Notes: generated by a model from the letters alone, not told the origin. A stretch of DNA of 64,000 nt from a virus (IMGVR_UViG_3300009709_000002:232228-296227), one strand, 5' to 3'; shown: positions 29,096-38,915, counted from the stretch's first letter. Numbers and translations are program-made.

Positions 29096-29446
29096 TTATT
29101 CATCACCAGCGTCTTCATCATCCTTCGTGAAGTTTGCCGTGGTGACGGTATTGCCATTCAACGCATCCGAGATATCTTTCATCTCGTTGATTTCCTTCGC
29201 TTCGCCGTCGATCGTGCCAGGCTTCATGTGTTCCTTGACCAGCTTGTTCAACACTTTGGCCGGAATGCCGAGTTGATCATTAGCGTTGGTGCGAATGTCA
29301 GCGATCGCAGTCTTGTGATTCTTGATCTCACCGTGCTCATGAGCCAGCTCAGCGATGAAACCTTCGAGCTGCTTGCGCTTCGTCAGATTGTTGAAAACTG
29401 CTTCGAGGGAGAATACGGGCGTCTTGGTCTTTTCTACTTCTGCCAT
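29096..29446 (-). CDS. dsDNA-binding protein (T4 DsbA-like)
   Basis: FIAE...IADIRTNANDQLGIPAKVLNKLV parallels T4 DsbA IKDIRIRAKDELGVDGKMFNRLL. Confidence 0.65.
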   Translation of the reverse strand: MAEVEKTKTPVFSLEAVFNNLTKRKQLEGFIAELAHEHGEIKNHKTAIADIRTNANDQLGIPAKVLNKLVKEHMKPGTIDGEAKEINEMKDISDALNGNTVTTANFTKDDEDAGDE

Positions 29447-29539
29447 GTTTGATCCAGTTGGTTAAATGAAAATCCTTCCTACATCCAATTGAATGGACGG
29501 TAGGAAGGATTGTATTACAAACCTAACTGGCGATAAATT

Positions 29540-30031
29540 TTAATGCACGGTCGACGAGAGGTTTTGTTGGATGAAAAATGATGTTGGATCGCCGATCAAT
29601 CTTTCGCTGATTGGATCATCAAAGTATTGGAGAATGTAGCGCATTGCAAAGCCGTAGTTGGCCGGATCTGTGAAGGTGTAGCTAGTCAGCATGTTGTCTT
29701 GCCAAAACTCCAGCTCATCCTCACCCATCTCAAGTGACTCTACGGTGGGTCCTTCTTCACCAGCATCATACAGCATTTCTTCAGCAAAATGAAGTGGATT
29801 CAAGGTCTTTACCTGCTCTAGAGTGACGTCTTCATTCTTTTCGCGGATAGTCGTGACCCTTTCTAGTGCTTCCTGCTGAAGTGACTCGAGAGCGTCATTT
29901 ATCGTCATGAATGGACGTGAGCGAGTCTGCAGAAATGTTGTGTTACCAAGCTGCTTTGCGATCGGTTCGAAGGCAGCTTTGATAGTTGGGTGAACGAGGT
30001 TGAGCTCGAGAGTGTAGTAAAAGTTCTTCAT
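29540..30031 (-). CDS. Hypothetical protein
   Basis: 163-aa ORF coupled to the upstream gene. Confidence 0.55.
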   Translation of the reverse strand: MKNFYYTLELNLVHPTIKAAFEPIAKQLGNTTFLQTRSRPFMTINDALESLQQEALERVTTIREKNEDVTLEQVKTLNPLHFAEEMLYDAGEEGPTVESLEMGEDELEFWQDNMLTSYTFTDPANYGFAMRYILQYFDDPISERLIGDPTSFFIQQNLSSTVH

Positions 30032-31251
30032 TAGCTTGGTCCCAGAATGAAGGTGTTTGAGATCGGTGTGATCGCCAGTGATGTTCCGGCTGTCTCTTGT
30101 GAGGTAACTCCTGCAACTGGAACTTCAACAGTGAGTTGTGAGAACGTATTTGTTACATAATCCTGGGCGCATGTGATTTGCAATAGACCAGTTTGCGCGC
30201 CCTGGCTAAGCGTCAGTACACCATCTTGCGTGGCTAGAACGCTTATTGGAACGAAGTGATTGAGATCCTTATCGGCAAAGCCGTACGGTGGGTAGCTAAT
30301 GAGCAGGTTGAGCTTGCTCAGATCGAGAGTGATCGGAACACCTGTTTCGCTAGTTGTGGTGGCGGTTGAAATTCCATAGCTTGCCGAAAGATCGAGATTG
30401 CTCAAGTCGGTGCAGTAGAGAAGATATTTTACTCCGCCTTGAATACTGATCGCACCGGTGTCACCCCAGCCATTTTCATCTCTGAAGGCAAGATCTTCTG
30501 CAGTACCAACATTGAGCTGTCTAAACGTCAGTGGAATCAGCGTAGCGTCTGAGATGAGGGTGGTAATGTCTTGGTAGACGTAAACTTCGATGATGTTACT
30601 CGTGCCTGTAAGCATCGGAGTAAAGGTGATCTGGTTAGCGACTCCGGTATTGAACTGTGAAGATGACATCTCAACACCGTTCAAGAAGACTCGAACCTCA
30701 TCGCCTGTGGTGAAGAACAGATTTTGGCTTTGAGCGCTATCATCGGCGCCTTGGACAAACTGCACGTTGCTACCACGATTGTAGACATATTGACTATACT
30801 GTAGAATGTCTGCCGTGAGCTCATACAGGTTGAGCGTGATCTCGGTTGTCACTGGAAGCTGCAGCGGGTTGAGAACAGTCGTCTCAGTATAGATCTGCCC
30901 GCCTTGAATTTCTGTCACCCAAAAGTGATTTGTGTTAGCAGAAGTATCTACATTAACCGCTGACATAACTAGCGAACCAGCGCTGCTGTTCATCAGGTCA
31001 GCCTGAGCGACGGTCACTGCAGGAGTAGGCGTGGCTAGCGTAGTTCCACGTTGAATATAGTCTTGCAGCCCGAAAACAATTGGAGGAAAGAGCTCGGTTC
31101 GAACACTTTTCGTATTGACGAGCGACAACAGCCCAGGACACTTATACGTGATGTTGCAACGTGTAGGGCCGGGGCTTGTTGGATCCTGTTGGACCTCAAT
31201 TTGTCTAGCGCAACTAGAGCACTGGTAAACTGCGAATTGTTTATACTGCAT
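30031..31251 (-). CDS. Probable structural protein with N-terminal Cys4 motif
   Basis: CSSC...C...C; Thr/Ser-rich, beta-prone; late box AATAAATA at 31281-31288. Confidence 0.55.
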   Translation of the reverse strand: MQYKQFAVYQCSSCARQIEVQQDPTSPGPTRCNITYKCPGLLSLVNTKSVRTELFPPIVFGLQDYIQRGTTLATPTPAVTVAQADLMNSSAGSLVMSAVNVDTSANTNHFWVTEIQGGQIYTETTVLNPLQLPVTTEITLNLYELTADILQYSQYVYNRGSNVQFVQGADDSAQSQNLFFTTGDEVRVFLNGVEMSSSQFNTGVANQITFTPMLTGTSNIIEVYVYQDITTLISDATLIPLTFRQLNVGTAEDLAFRDENGWGDTGAISIQGGVKYLLYCTDLSNLDLSASYGISTATTTSETGVPITLDLSKLNLLISYPPYGFADKDLNHFVPISVLATQDGVLTLSQGAQTGLLQITCAQDYVTNTFSQLTVEVPVAGVTSQETAGTSLAITPISNTFILGPS

Positions 31252-31297
31252 TCAGGTCTCTTATATTTAGTGTGACCTGGTATTTATTCGCTAAGGC

Positions 31298-31552
31298 TTA
31301 TGTCCAGTGACGAGTAAAAAGTCCGATGATGTTAATCACGGAGTAGACGGTGTTGAGAAGGAGAAATGACATTCTTCGTTCAATGATGAAAACTAGAACA
31401 AAGATGAGAGAGCACCAGGTGAAAACCCAGTAGGCATATGGCGAGCTTGGAATGTTGAGAGCCATCCACAGAGCTGCGATGATTGAAGGAATAACTCCGC
31501 AACCCCATTCGACGTAGCGGAGATTCTTCCTCAAGAAGGTGATGAAGCTCAC
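31298..31552 (-). CDS. Small membrane protein (about 3 TM)
   Basis: GTG start overlapping the upstream stop codon; hydrophobic helices. Confidence 0.55.
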   Translation of the reverse strand: MSFITFLRKNLRYVEWGCGVIPSIIAALWMALNIPSSPYAYWVFTWCSLIFVLVFIIERRMSFLLLNTVYSVINIIGLFTRHWT

Positions 31553-31791
31553 TCTTTCACGATCACAGTCTTGTAACGGCGAAGTACTACATCCTTGTCT
31601 TGACATTGATAACCATCACCGTTCTTGAAATTGACGACCCTGACGCAGGTGCCATCACCTTTTTCTTGCACTACCGGCAGATCTTGCTGAGCCAAATAGA
31701 AATTGACAGCCTGGGTTGCTACCGTGATAAATGCACCGGTAACAACCGCCGCCAAAATGATTTGCTTAGTAGATACCACTTGATAGGCCAT
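31549..31791 (-). CDS. Hypothetical protein with N-terminal TM helix
   Basis: First gene after the early promoter at 31819-31847. Confidence 0.55.
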   Translation of the reverse strand: MAYQVVSTKQIILAAVVTGAFITVATQAVNFYLAQQDLPVVQEKGDGTCVRVVNFKNGDGYQCQDKDVVLRRYKTVIVKE

Positions 31792-31818
31792 AATTCACTC
31801 CATAGTTTGCATAGAGTC

Positions 31819-31847
31819 ATTATATCATCTAGCACATAAAAAGTAAA
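31819..31847 (-). promoter_or_regulatory. Early sigma70-type promoter
   Basis: TTTACT-N17-TATAAT. Confidence 0.8.
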
Positions 31848-31919
31848 TCACTTTGTTCTTGAGAAGATAACACAACAAAGCTCCAAGTGATGCAGTACAC
31901 CAAATGGAGCTTTGTGAGC

Positions 31920-32285
31920 TTAGACTTCTTCAGACTCGAAAGTCTGGTTGTCGATGCGCTTCTTTAGCTGTTGCTGACGCTTTGGATTTGCAGGTTGGCC
32001 TGTGCCAGACTCATCATGAGTGCCGACATAGTAGATGAACAGCGTTGTTGGATTTTTGCCCTTAAGCTCATATATGATACGAATATCACTAGAAAGAGCA
32101 GCGTGGAGTAAACCATGCAGCGGGCCGTTACCAGCAAACGGCGTATCTTTCGACCCGAACTTTTCCATCGGGTTCTTGGCCTTCAACTTCAGGAATTCGC
32201 CGTACGCTTCTTTTACTTTTGCGTTTTTGAAATGCTTTTCTTTCGTTTCATCGAACAGTTTGCAGGTCTTGAAAATTACGCTCAC
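31920..32285 (-). CDS. RelE/YafQ-family mRNA interferase-like protein
   Basis: KDTPFAG...HAALSSDIRIIY...YVGTHD aligns with YafQ KDHPLQG...DAHVEPDWILIY...RTGTHA. Confidence 0.72.
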   Translation of the reverse strand: MSVIFKTCKLFDETKEKHFKNAKVKEAYGEFLKLKAKNPMEKFGSKDTPFAGNGPLHGLLHAALSSDIRIIYELKGKNPTTLFIYYVGTHDESGTGQPANPKRQQQLKKRIDNQTFESEEV

Positions 32286-32461
32286 TTCAGACCCTCACGT
32301 TCCAGCATTTCTTCCAGCGTCATGCCTTTCGACCATTGACCATGCGCCTTCTCATCGAGAACCTTTTCGACTACTTCGTTGCTGTAGCCGGTCTGGTTAT
32401 TCAATGCAAATTCATCCAACCGTTGTTGTTGCTTTTCACTGATGATTTCATGAACTTTCAT
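32282..32461 (-). CDS. Small acidic protein upstream of the YafQ-like gene (candidate antitoxin)
   Basis: Start reassigned to MKVHEIISE (RBS aaggag); GTGA overlap with the toxin gene; C-terminus WSKGMTLEEMLE; late box at 32487-32494. Confidence 0.55.
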   Translation of the reverse strand: MKVHEIISEKQQQRLDEFALNNQTGYSNEVVEKVLDEKAHGQWSKGMTLEEMLEREGLK

Positions 32462-32536
32462 GGTATCAACTCCTTTAACAGTTGGATATTTATGTAGATT
32501 ATTGTATACCCAACTGCTCAAAAAGTAAACCAGAGT

Positions 32537-32791
32537 TCAATCTTGGAAGACCTCTGGCTGAGGATCACGACGAAGCGCGGATTCAATGTGATGCGGCAAC
32601 TTTCCGTTGCGAGGAGAAAGTCGCTCGAAGATGAGATCGGCTGTTGTCGGATGAATCTTTCGGAACTTCTCAAGCTCATCAAGTAAAGCAATCAGAGCTT
32701 TCCCTGCGGTGCTGCAAACAGCCTCATCTTTGCAACGTTGGGCGAAAATGAGTGCATCATCCAGATTCATCATGTCAAACTCCATAGTCAT
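32537..32791 (-). CDS. Hypothetical protein
   Basis: 84-aa ORF in the operon. Confidence 0.5.
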   Translation of the reverse strand: MTMEFDMMNLDDALIFAQRCKDEAVCSTAGKALIALLDELEKFRKIHPTTADLIFERLSPRNGKLPHHIESALRRDPQPEVFQD

Positions 32792-32949
32792 CGAGCCGCC
32801 GACAGAATCAACATAGAAAAGACACCAGCGGCGAAAAAGTCAAAAGCTAAGAAGAACTTCTTAAAATTGCTCATGTCTTCATTTATCACAAGTGTGACGC
32901 CTAGCACCAAATTCAACGCAAAGACGAACAGGTAGATGAACACTTGCAT
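32788..32949 (-). CDS. Small 2-TM membrane protein (53 aa; absent from the ORF track)
   Basis: MQVFIYLFVFALNLVLG...; fills the gap, ATGA overlap with the next gene. Confidence 0.45.
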   Translation of the reverse strand: MQVFIYLFVFALNLVLGVTLVINEDMSNFKKFFLAFDFFAAGVFSMLILSAAR

Positions 32950-32950
32950 G

Positions 32951-33538
32951 TTAGGCGTTGATCGCTTGGATAAGGTTGAAGCCAGCCTTCATCTTACGAA
33001 CAGACTCAATCGTACAGAGAATGTCTTCGAGTGAGTTATGCAATCCTCGAGGTGGAAGGCCAAGAGTTGAAAATACATCATCAGACTTTGTTTTTTCAAG
33101 GAAGACCGTACCGAATGACAGAGTGTCGATCACCGTTGGGTGATAGCCAAATTCCATGTCTACCGATGACATCAGCTGGTTTGTAAAATCCCGATCAAAA
33201 TAGACACGGTGGCCAAGCAGAATAATATCAGTAGAGCCGATAAATTTATGCACAAGACTAGCGAGCAGAATAGCTGCATCCTCTTGATCGATCCCATGTT
33301 CAGCAAGGTGTTGTTTAGAGAGGCCATGTACGTTTTCAGCGCCTGAATTCCACTCATACTTGTCTGCCTTGAATTTGATCTCACAATACAGCGACTCTGC
33401 GACGTCAAACGTCTTCAGGTCAAAGATGCAAGCGCCGAATGAGATGCCTTGGTGCTTTGAAGCAAAGTTCGGATAGCTGTAGCCTGAGGTCTCCCAGTCA
33501 ATACCTAGACCGAATCTAGGAATTTGTGTCGTTCCCAT
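32951..33538 (-). CDS. DEDDh 3'-5' exonuclease
   Basis: IDWETSG, GHRVYFD, IDT, HNSLED. Confidence 0.85.
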   Translation of the reverse strand: MGTTQIPRFGLGIDWETSGYSYPNFASKHQGISFGACIFDLKTFDVAESLYCEIKFKADKYEWNSGAENVHGLSKQHLAEHGIDQEDAAILLASLVHKFIGSTDIILLGHRVYFDRDFTNQLMSSVDMEFGYHPTVIDTLSFGTVFLEKTKSDDVFSTLGLPPRGLHNSLEDILCTIESVRKMKAGFNLIQAINA

Positions 33539-33725
33539 TTTCTGGGCTCCTTTGTTTTAGTGCTGCTATTTCTTTTGTAAGCTTTTCAAATACTTGACCC
33601 TTTGCGTCCACCATCACCGCTTGCTCAATCGTAAGCTTGTCAATATTCACCAAGCTTTGGAGTATGAGCATTCTCAACTCAAAGAGCTTTAACTCGGCGA
33701 TCGAGATGATGACACTGTTATTCAT
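33516..33725 (-). CDS. Hypothetical protein
   Basis: Packed 69-aa ORF. Confidence 0.45.
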   Translation of the reverse strand: MNNSVIISIAELKLFELRMLILQSLVNIDKLTIEQAVMVDAKGQVFEKLTKEIAALKQRSPENGNDTNS

Positions 33726-34099
33726 CAGTAGCCAATGCGGTCAAGGTCTTTTTCTGTCAGCTCAACGGTTGAGACCGCAGAATCAACTAGAGCTTTCAGG
33801 ATTTGACCAAGTTCACGAAGTCGCATCTTCAAGAACTGCTTGTCATAATGATCATACTCGAGCACATACTCGACATCACTGACTTTAACAGATGAATCTC
33901 GTGATGGTGAAAACGTAATCATTCGATACCAAAGCGGTCGAAGTGCATAGCGAGCTTTTGCTGCTTTGTACTTGTTTTCTACAGTAGCTTCACGAGCGCT
34001 GATCTCACTGATCTGGTCTTGCACTGATGTCATCTTAGCATTGACGCGATCGGTCCAAATTTTTACAGATGCTTGGTCATCTCTGGTATGAATGATCAT
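33725..34099 (-). CDS. Hypothetical protein
   Basis: 124-aa ORF, coiled-coil-like. Confidence 0.55.
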   Translation of the reverse strand: MIIHTRDDQASVKIWTDRVNAKMTSVQDQISEISAREATVENKYKAAKARYALRPLWYRMITFSPSRDSSVKVSDVEYVLEYDHYDKQFLKMRLRELGQILKALVDSAVSTVELTEKDLDRIGY

Positions 34100-34150
34100 T
34101 GCTATCTCACAAAAGGACTAGGACTTTTGATCCTAGCCCTTCGACATCGA

Positions 34151-34447
34151 TTAGGCTACTTCAGCTTCAGCTTCCGGCTTAGCCGTTTGCTTCAGGTGAG
34201 TAATGAGGTTGGCGATGATGTTGGACACCTTGTCCAGCATCTTAGCGCGGAGGTAGTTCGGGCAATCAGACACTTCACGAACTGCGTAGGCGAAGTCGAC
34301 TTCGAACTGATGACGAACCGTACCCTTCGAGTTATTGAAGCCGAGGTTACGGACCAAGCGAGCGAACTTAGCACACAGTTCCTTCAGATGTGCTTCGTGG
34401 TCGATTTGAGTTGCGATCGGGGCTGCTTGATTCTTGATGGTGCTCAT
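34151..34447 (-). CDS. Hypothetical protein
   Basis: 98-aa ORF with RBS, own promoter and terminator. Confidence 0.6.
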   Translation of the reverse strand: MSTIKNQAAPIATQIDHEAHLKELCAKFARLVRNLGFNNSKGTVRHQFEVDFAYAVREVSDCPNYLRAKMLDKVSNIIANLITHLKQTAKPEAEAEVA

Positions 34448-34519
34448 CGTATTTCCTGTTTGAAACGTTTATCGGAATTTTGTACCGGCTAAACACTTGG
34501 AAGTTGTTGGTGTTTAGCC

Positions 34520-34561
34520 GATATGAAGATTTTATCTTAGACCGAACGATGAGTATATTTT
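34520..34561 (-). promoter_or_regulatory. TATAC-class promoter
   Basis: AAAA-TATACT-N17-TAAAAT-CTTCATATC; near-identical flanks at 53518-53559. Confidence 0.65.
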
Positions 34562-34572
34562 AAGTTGCAAAT

Positions 34573-35439
34573 TTAGTCGCAGCCCTTTTCATCAGGAAGT
34601 GCGGCAAATTCAAACTCTTTGCGTTCACGAAGAAGAGCTGCACCACCAGCTTTTGCACGGCCGCTGCCAGGAACGCCAAGGCGATCAAGAGTACCAACAT
34701 CCATCGTGTGCGAGCTATCCAGGCTATCACGTTGGCTAACTTGAGCAACCGGACCTTCCAAGTGCTTCAGCATCGTGGCGATAAGTGGGTTACGCACGAT
34801 GTTCTTGTGTGCAAATTCGATCGCAGCGATTGACGGATCTTTACCAAGCAGACGGCCAGCAGCCCAAGCAAGGCCGTTGTCCTTCGGGTTAGGAATGTCT
34901 GATTGTGATGCGTCACCAGTAATGATGAATTGTGAGTCATAACCAAGGCGAGTCAAGAACATCTTCATCTGTTCACGAGTCGTGTTCTGTGCTTCATCGA
35001 GAATAACAACGCTACGGTTCAGTGAACGGCCGCGCATGTAAGCGAGTGGGTTGACTTCAATAGCACCTTTTTCGATCAGCTCACGCGTCTTAACTGCGCC
35101 GATGTGAATTTCAAGAGCGTCAAGCAGCGGAAGAACATACGGGTGAATCTTCTCATCCATTGTGCCTGGAAGATAGCCAATATCTTCAACGGCGACGATT
35201 GGGCGAGTCAGAACGATCTTATCGATCTCACGGTTGAGAAGTTTTTCAAGAGCTACGTAAACTGCCAGGAAGGTCTTACCTGTACCAGCCGGTCCAAGAC
35301 CAAATGTAATGGTCGAGTCGCGCATCGTGTCAAGGTAGTATTTCTGAACGTCATTTTTGGCTTGAAGAGGACGTAAGAAGATACCGTTAGAGTTGGTTTG
35401 TTGTGCTTCGCCTTCGGAGTAGCGCTTATTGCGTTTCAT
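34573..35439 (-). CDS. phoH: PhoH-family ATPase
   Basis: GPAGTGKT, LTRP, GYLPG, AYMRGRS, DEAQN, TRLG, GDASQSD. Confidence 0.93.
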   Translation of the reverse strand: MKRNKRYSEGEAQQTNSNGIFLRPLQAKNDVQKYYLDTMRDSTITFGLGPAGTGKTFLAVYVALEKLLNREIDKIVLTRPIVAVEDIGYLPGTMDEKIHPYVLPLLDALEIHIGAVKTRELIEKGAIEVNPLAYMRGRSLNRSVVILDEAQNTTREQMKMFLTRLGYDSQFIITGDASQSDIPNPKDNGLAWAAGRLLGKDPSIAAIEFAHKNIVRNPLIATMLKHLEGPVAQVSQRDSLDSSHTMDVGTLDRLGVPGSGRAKAGGAALLRERKEFEFAALPDEKGCD

Positions 35440-35652
35440 CTTTGATTCGCCTTACGGTGTGCCTCACTCAACTTAGGATAGAGTTAAAGTTGGATGTGAA
35501 GCGGTTGAGACTGTTTTACTATGGCTTGGGGATCGTGTTACGATCTCTTTGTTATAAAACAAAAGGTGTAAGCTACATCGCTTACACCTTTCGGTTACTG
35601 GAGGAGGGTTGCCTTTTCAGCCGGAGACAGGTGGTGCACCAATTTCTTATCC

Positions 35653-36036
35653 TTAGTCGTTTGCTTCGCGAGCAGTGTAGTTGTGAATCCAGTCATTCAC
35701 AGCTTGGGTTTGATTGACGTACTTGTACAGCAGGTCTTCATCTTTGACGATCAACATATGAAGGAATTTCTCAGCAAGCTTGACTTGAGTTGCAGGTTCG
35801 AGGTTGCGGATTTCATCCAGCAGTTCTTTCTGAGTCGGCATAGTGACTTCCCAGAAGTTTTGCTGATCGTAAAAGTTACCATACTTCAGCATTTCTAAGA
35901 TGCGAACCATCATCACCGCTTGAAAGGTGTCGCTGATCTTACCGTCTTTAATGATGTTCTGAATCGACATCAAAACGTTCGGGTCTACTCGACCTTCCGT
36001 TATAATTGAGGTGTTTTTGATTTCTTTAAGCTTCAT
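35653..36036 (-). CDS. Hypothetical protein (MKLKEI...IITE leader)
   Basis: 127-aa ORF. Confidence 0.55.
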   Translation of the reverse strand: MKLKEIKNTSIITEGRVDPNVLMSIQNIIKDGKISDTFQAVMMVRILEMLKYGNFYDQQNFWEVTMPTQKELLDEIRNLEPATQVKLAEKFLHMLIVKDEDLLYKYVNQTQAVNDWIHNYTAREAND

Positions 36037-36065
36037 AGTGATGCCTCTAAGGGTTTACAATGAAG

Positions 36066-36461
36066 TTATTTATAGCCCTTCAACTCGCGATACATCAAAC
36101 CCGGTTCCATTAACAAGTACTGGCAAGTCGGATCTTCACGCACCAGACCTTTCTCATTAGTAGCGATCAGCCCTTCATACTCAAAAAGCCGATCATCTTG
36201 AATGCGAATGTACCTTGAAATTTCAATGCCATCAATTTTGCCTACCAGCTCTTCTGAACGAGTTTTGATTCTCATGTAGATGACGCTGCCATCAAGATTA
36301 ACTCCGATGAAATCTTCAGGATCAATCTCTTTCTTCGGTTGAGCTGAAATAGCGATCGATGAAACAACTGATTTGACGGAGCTTTTGAGGAGCTCCCAAC
36401 CAGCAACTACCATTGCAAGATTCGAAATTGTTGCCAAGAAATTCACTTTTCCTCTTCCCAC
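36066..36461 (-). CDS. Hypothetical protein
   Basis: 131-aa ORF. Confidence 0.5.
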   Translation of the reverse strand: MGRGKVNFLATISNLAMVVAGWELLKSSVKSVVSSIAISAQPKKEIDPEDFIGVNLDGSVIYMRIKTRSEELVGKIDGIEISRYIRIQDDRLFEYEGLIATNEKGLVREDPTCQYLLMEPGLMYRELKGYK

Positions 36462-37072
36462 GGGTCTTGAATTTTGTCACAGAGCCCGTACTCCAACGCC
36501 TTTTCAGCATTGATGTAGGTGTCAGAGCTCTTCAACAGAATCTCATTGATCTGCTGTTCAGTCATCGTGGAGTGCTTTTTGTAAAATGAAACAAAGCGAG
36601 CGTGCAGCTCATCTTCGTGCGTGCGAGCTGCCACCAAATCGTGATACTTACCTTCAAGATACTCGCTAAACTGGTGGGTCATGATGTAAGCATTGCGGCT
36701 CATAACACGAAGACCAGGCGTACCACAGACGAAGATTAGTGATGCCATCGAGGCGACACAGCCGATAGCGACTGTTTGAATTTTGACTTTACTACATTCC
36801 ATCAAGTCGATGATGCCGAAACCGTCATAGACGGAGCCACCAGGCGAATTGATAAGAACTGTTGCAACGTGGTCCTTGCCGTAAAGGTAGTTGGACTTGA
36901 TGATGAATTCAGCGAAGTAACGCGATGATTCACTATCAATCGGCTCGAAAATCAAGTGCGAGCCAAACGATTCCAACGTCATAGCATCTTGGGCCAGGAT
37001 CGTTTGAAGGTCTTCGTGCGCTTGGTTACGGGCTGGCTGTGCGATACGACCGTTGCGTTTAAAATTCTGCAT
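36443..37072 (-). CDS. clpP: ClpP-like protease
   Basis: INSPGGSV, ASMAS (catalytic Ser), MTHQ (catalytic His), D-x-Y...A..YGL.D. Confidence 0.9.
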   Translation of the reverse strand: MQNFKRNGRIAQPARNQAHEDLQTILAQDAMTLESFGSHLIFEPIDSESSRYFAEFIIKSNYLYGKDHVATVLINSPGGSVYDGFGIIDLMECSKVKIQTVAIGCVASMASLIFVCGTPGLRVMSRNAYIMTHQFSEYLEGKYHDLVAARTHEDELHARFVSFYKKHSTMTEQQINEILLKSSDTYINAEKALEYGLCDKIQDPWEEEK

Positions 37073-37110
37073 GTGTGTCTCTTACTATAATATGATGCTG
37101 GGTGATGCTG

Positions 37111-37743
37111 TTATAAGAGATCAATCAGGAAAACTGCATCATGATCTCTGAGTTTAGTTCCTTCTTTGCCAAACTCGGTAGACACTACAAACACGGCTCG
37201 ATGAGTGCTCGAACTACCATGCTCGGAGGCGAAGGTAAGACGAACTTCATCGTCATGATGAATGATCTTGAACAGCGTTGTGATCTTTCCGTTTGGCGCT
37301 TCACTCTTAAAAGCGACGGTCCAATCATCGATTAAACGCTTCATCACCTCGGCCGACTTTTCAATCAGGTCTGAACGAATCACTTTGCGCTGAGCTTCGG
37401 TGTAGGCGAGAGAAATATTCACTGAGGGTGAAACTTCTTTTACCTTGTGAAACCTAGCTGAGTGAATCTTTCTAGGTGAATCTACAAGATCAATACCAAC
37501 GCAAGCTTTACCAGGATTCCGGAAGTTAAGTGACTGAACGGCACCAGCGAAAGGCTTGTACTTCTTTGAGAGCTCGGCGATTTGAGCTTTCCAAGCCTTG
37601 GTAAGTCTCTCACTAAGCTCTACTGAAGCTTCTTTGTGAAACTTATCTTGATAGTCAAGAAGACGCTTTGCATGCTGTTCGTCAATGGCTTCTTGAACGA
37701 TAAAGTTTTTGAGGTTTGTCATCTTGAATGTATTGTATTCCAA
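37111..37743 (-). CDS. Hypothetical protein, late-expressed (MTNLKNFIVQE leader)
   Basis: TATAAATA at 37759-37766 upstream. Confidence 0.6.
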   Translation of the reverse strand: MEYNTFKMTNLKNFIVQEAIDEQHAKRLLDYQDKFHKEASVELSERLTKAWKAQIAELSKKYKPFAGAVQSLNFRNPGKACVGIDLVDSPRKIHSARFHKVKEVSPSVNISLAYTEAQRKVIRSDLIEKSAEVMKRLIDDWTVAFKSEAPNGKITTLFKIIHHDDEVRLTFASEHGSSSTHRAVFVVSTEFGKEGTKLRDHDAVFLIDLL

Positions 37744-37824
37744 TGTTGTGCACAGTGATATTTATATGTCATTCAAGAGACACAACAAAGGCGACCGAAG
37801 CCGCCTTTCATGAAAGTGAGCTGA

Positions 37825-38022
37825 TTAAGCTAGTTCTTTCTTTTCAAATTCCTTCAAACAGTCGTTACAGCAAAAGCACTCATCATGTTTGAGCTTCCAG
37901 CCGGCCGCTTTTGCATCAGTTGCGAGCTTTCTGGTAGAGACTTTGCCATTGAAGGTCCAACGGCCGAGACCAGATCGTGCACAAGTTCTGCAAACAATTT
38001 CACACCATATTGGAACTTTCAT
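37825..38022 (-). CDS. Small Cys-rich (Zn-finger-like) protein
   Basis: CxxC...CCNDC; start reassigned to MKVPIWC. Confidence 0.5.
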   Translation of the reverse strand: MKVPIWCEIVCRTCARSGLGRWTFNGKVSTRKLATDAKAAGWKLKHDECFCCNDCLKEFEKKELA

Positions 38023-38024
38023 GA

Positions 38025-38255
38025 TTAGTTCACCGGAACGCACCAAACATGCTTGGCGATAATTGGATCGCTAGACAAGTTATCGGTCTGGACTTTGTCA
38101 ATCTGGTGCATGCACGCAGCTTGATTCTGGTAGTGTTTTACTACCACAACATCTTCTACTCGAGCTGTGATCTTTGCCTGAGATTCACTCGGCTTGGTCG
38201 CAATTAACGACGTGGTGATGATCAGCATGAGCCACATGATCAAACACGCCCACAA
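38025..38255 (-). CDS. Hypothetical protein with signal/TM segment
   Basis: Hydrophobic N-terminus. Confidence 0.45.
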   Translation of the reverse strand: MWACLIMWLMLIITTSLIATKPSESQAKITARVEDVVVVKHYQNQAACMHQIDKVQTDNLSSDPIIAKHVWCVPVN

Positions 38256-38512
38256 AATTCGCGAAGAATGCGACCGCCAGGAGCAATCTCGATCGTGCAG
38301 GGTACACCATCGGTCGACGTGATCGACCAGATAGCGATGCCGTTCTTCAGAATGATGGCAGGAGGAGCGTGCATCTCAGTGGTTTGACACTTACCACCGT
38401 GGCATTCTACGGAAGTCGATGCGCGATCACCAGAAGGTGATACCATCTCGCTATCAGCGAGAGCGATGGAAGATGCGAAGAATGCCAGCAGTGCCAGTTT
38501 GTGCAGTCGCAT
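38240..38512 (-). CDS. Hypothetical exported protein
   Basis: Signal peptide ending ALA-D; paired Cys residues. Confidence 0.5.
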   Translation of the reverse strand: MRLHKLALLAFFASSIALADSEMVSPSGDRASTSVECHGGKCQTTEMHAPPAIILKNGIAIWSITSTDGVPCTIEIAPGGRILREFCGRV

Positions 38513-38521
38513 GGTGATTCC

Positions 38522-38851
38522 TTAGTCGAGGTATTGAATCTGTTCGGGACGAAGCATAGCGTAGCAATCCTTGCCTTTGCCGTTCTTCACCTTGATGACA
38601 ACCTTACGAAAATCTTTGATGTTGCGTTTTGCCCACATCGGGATGTCGGTGCGACCGTTCATCACGGCGACATAATCCCAGACTTCTTCTTTGTCATAGA
38701 TTTTGTCTTCCTTGGTAGTGTAAGCTTTCCAAGGACCGTGATCGATGTAGATAGTCTGTGATGCTTCAGCATAGCTCTGGGAGTTTGCAGCTCCGATACG
38801 ACCGAACGGAGCAAAGACTTCCATTTTCGTACCAGCTTTCACCAGCCACAT
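38522..38851 (-). CDS. Hypothetical protein
   Basis: First gene after the early promoter at 38886-38915. Confidence 0.55.
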   Translation of the reverse strand: MWLVKAGTKMEVFAPFGRIGAANSQSYAEASQTIYIDHGPWKAYTTKEDKIYDKEEVWDYVAVMNGRTDIPMWAKRNIKDFRKVVIKVKNGKGKDCYAMLRPEQIQYLD

Positions 38852-38885
38852 TTTGTAACTCCACCGTTTTGTTTACGATAGATTC

Positions 38886-38915
38886 ATTATAATCAATACT
38901 TCATCTAAAGTAAAC
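38886..38915 (-). promoter_or_regulatory. Early sigma70-type promoter
   Basis: GTTTACT-N17-TATAAT. Confidence 0.8.
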
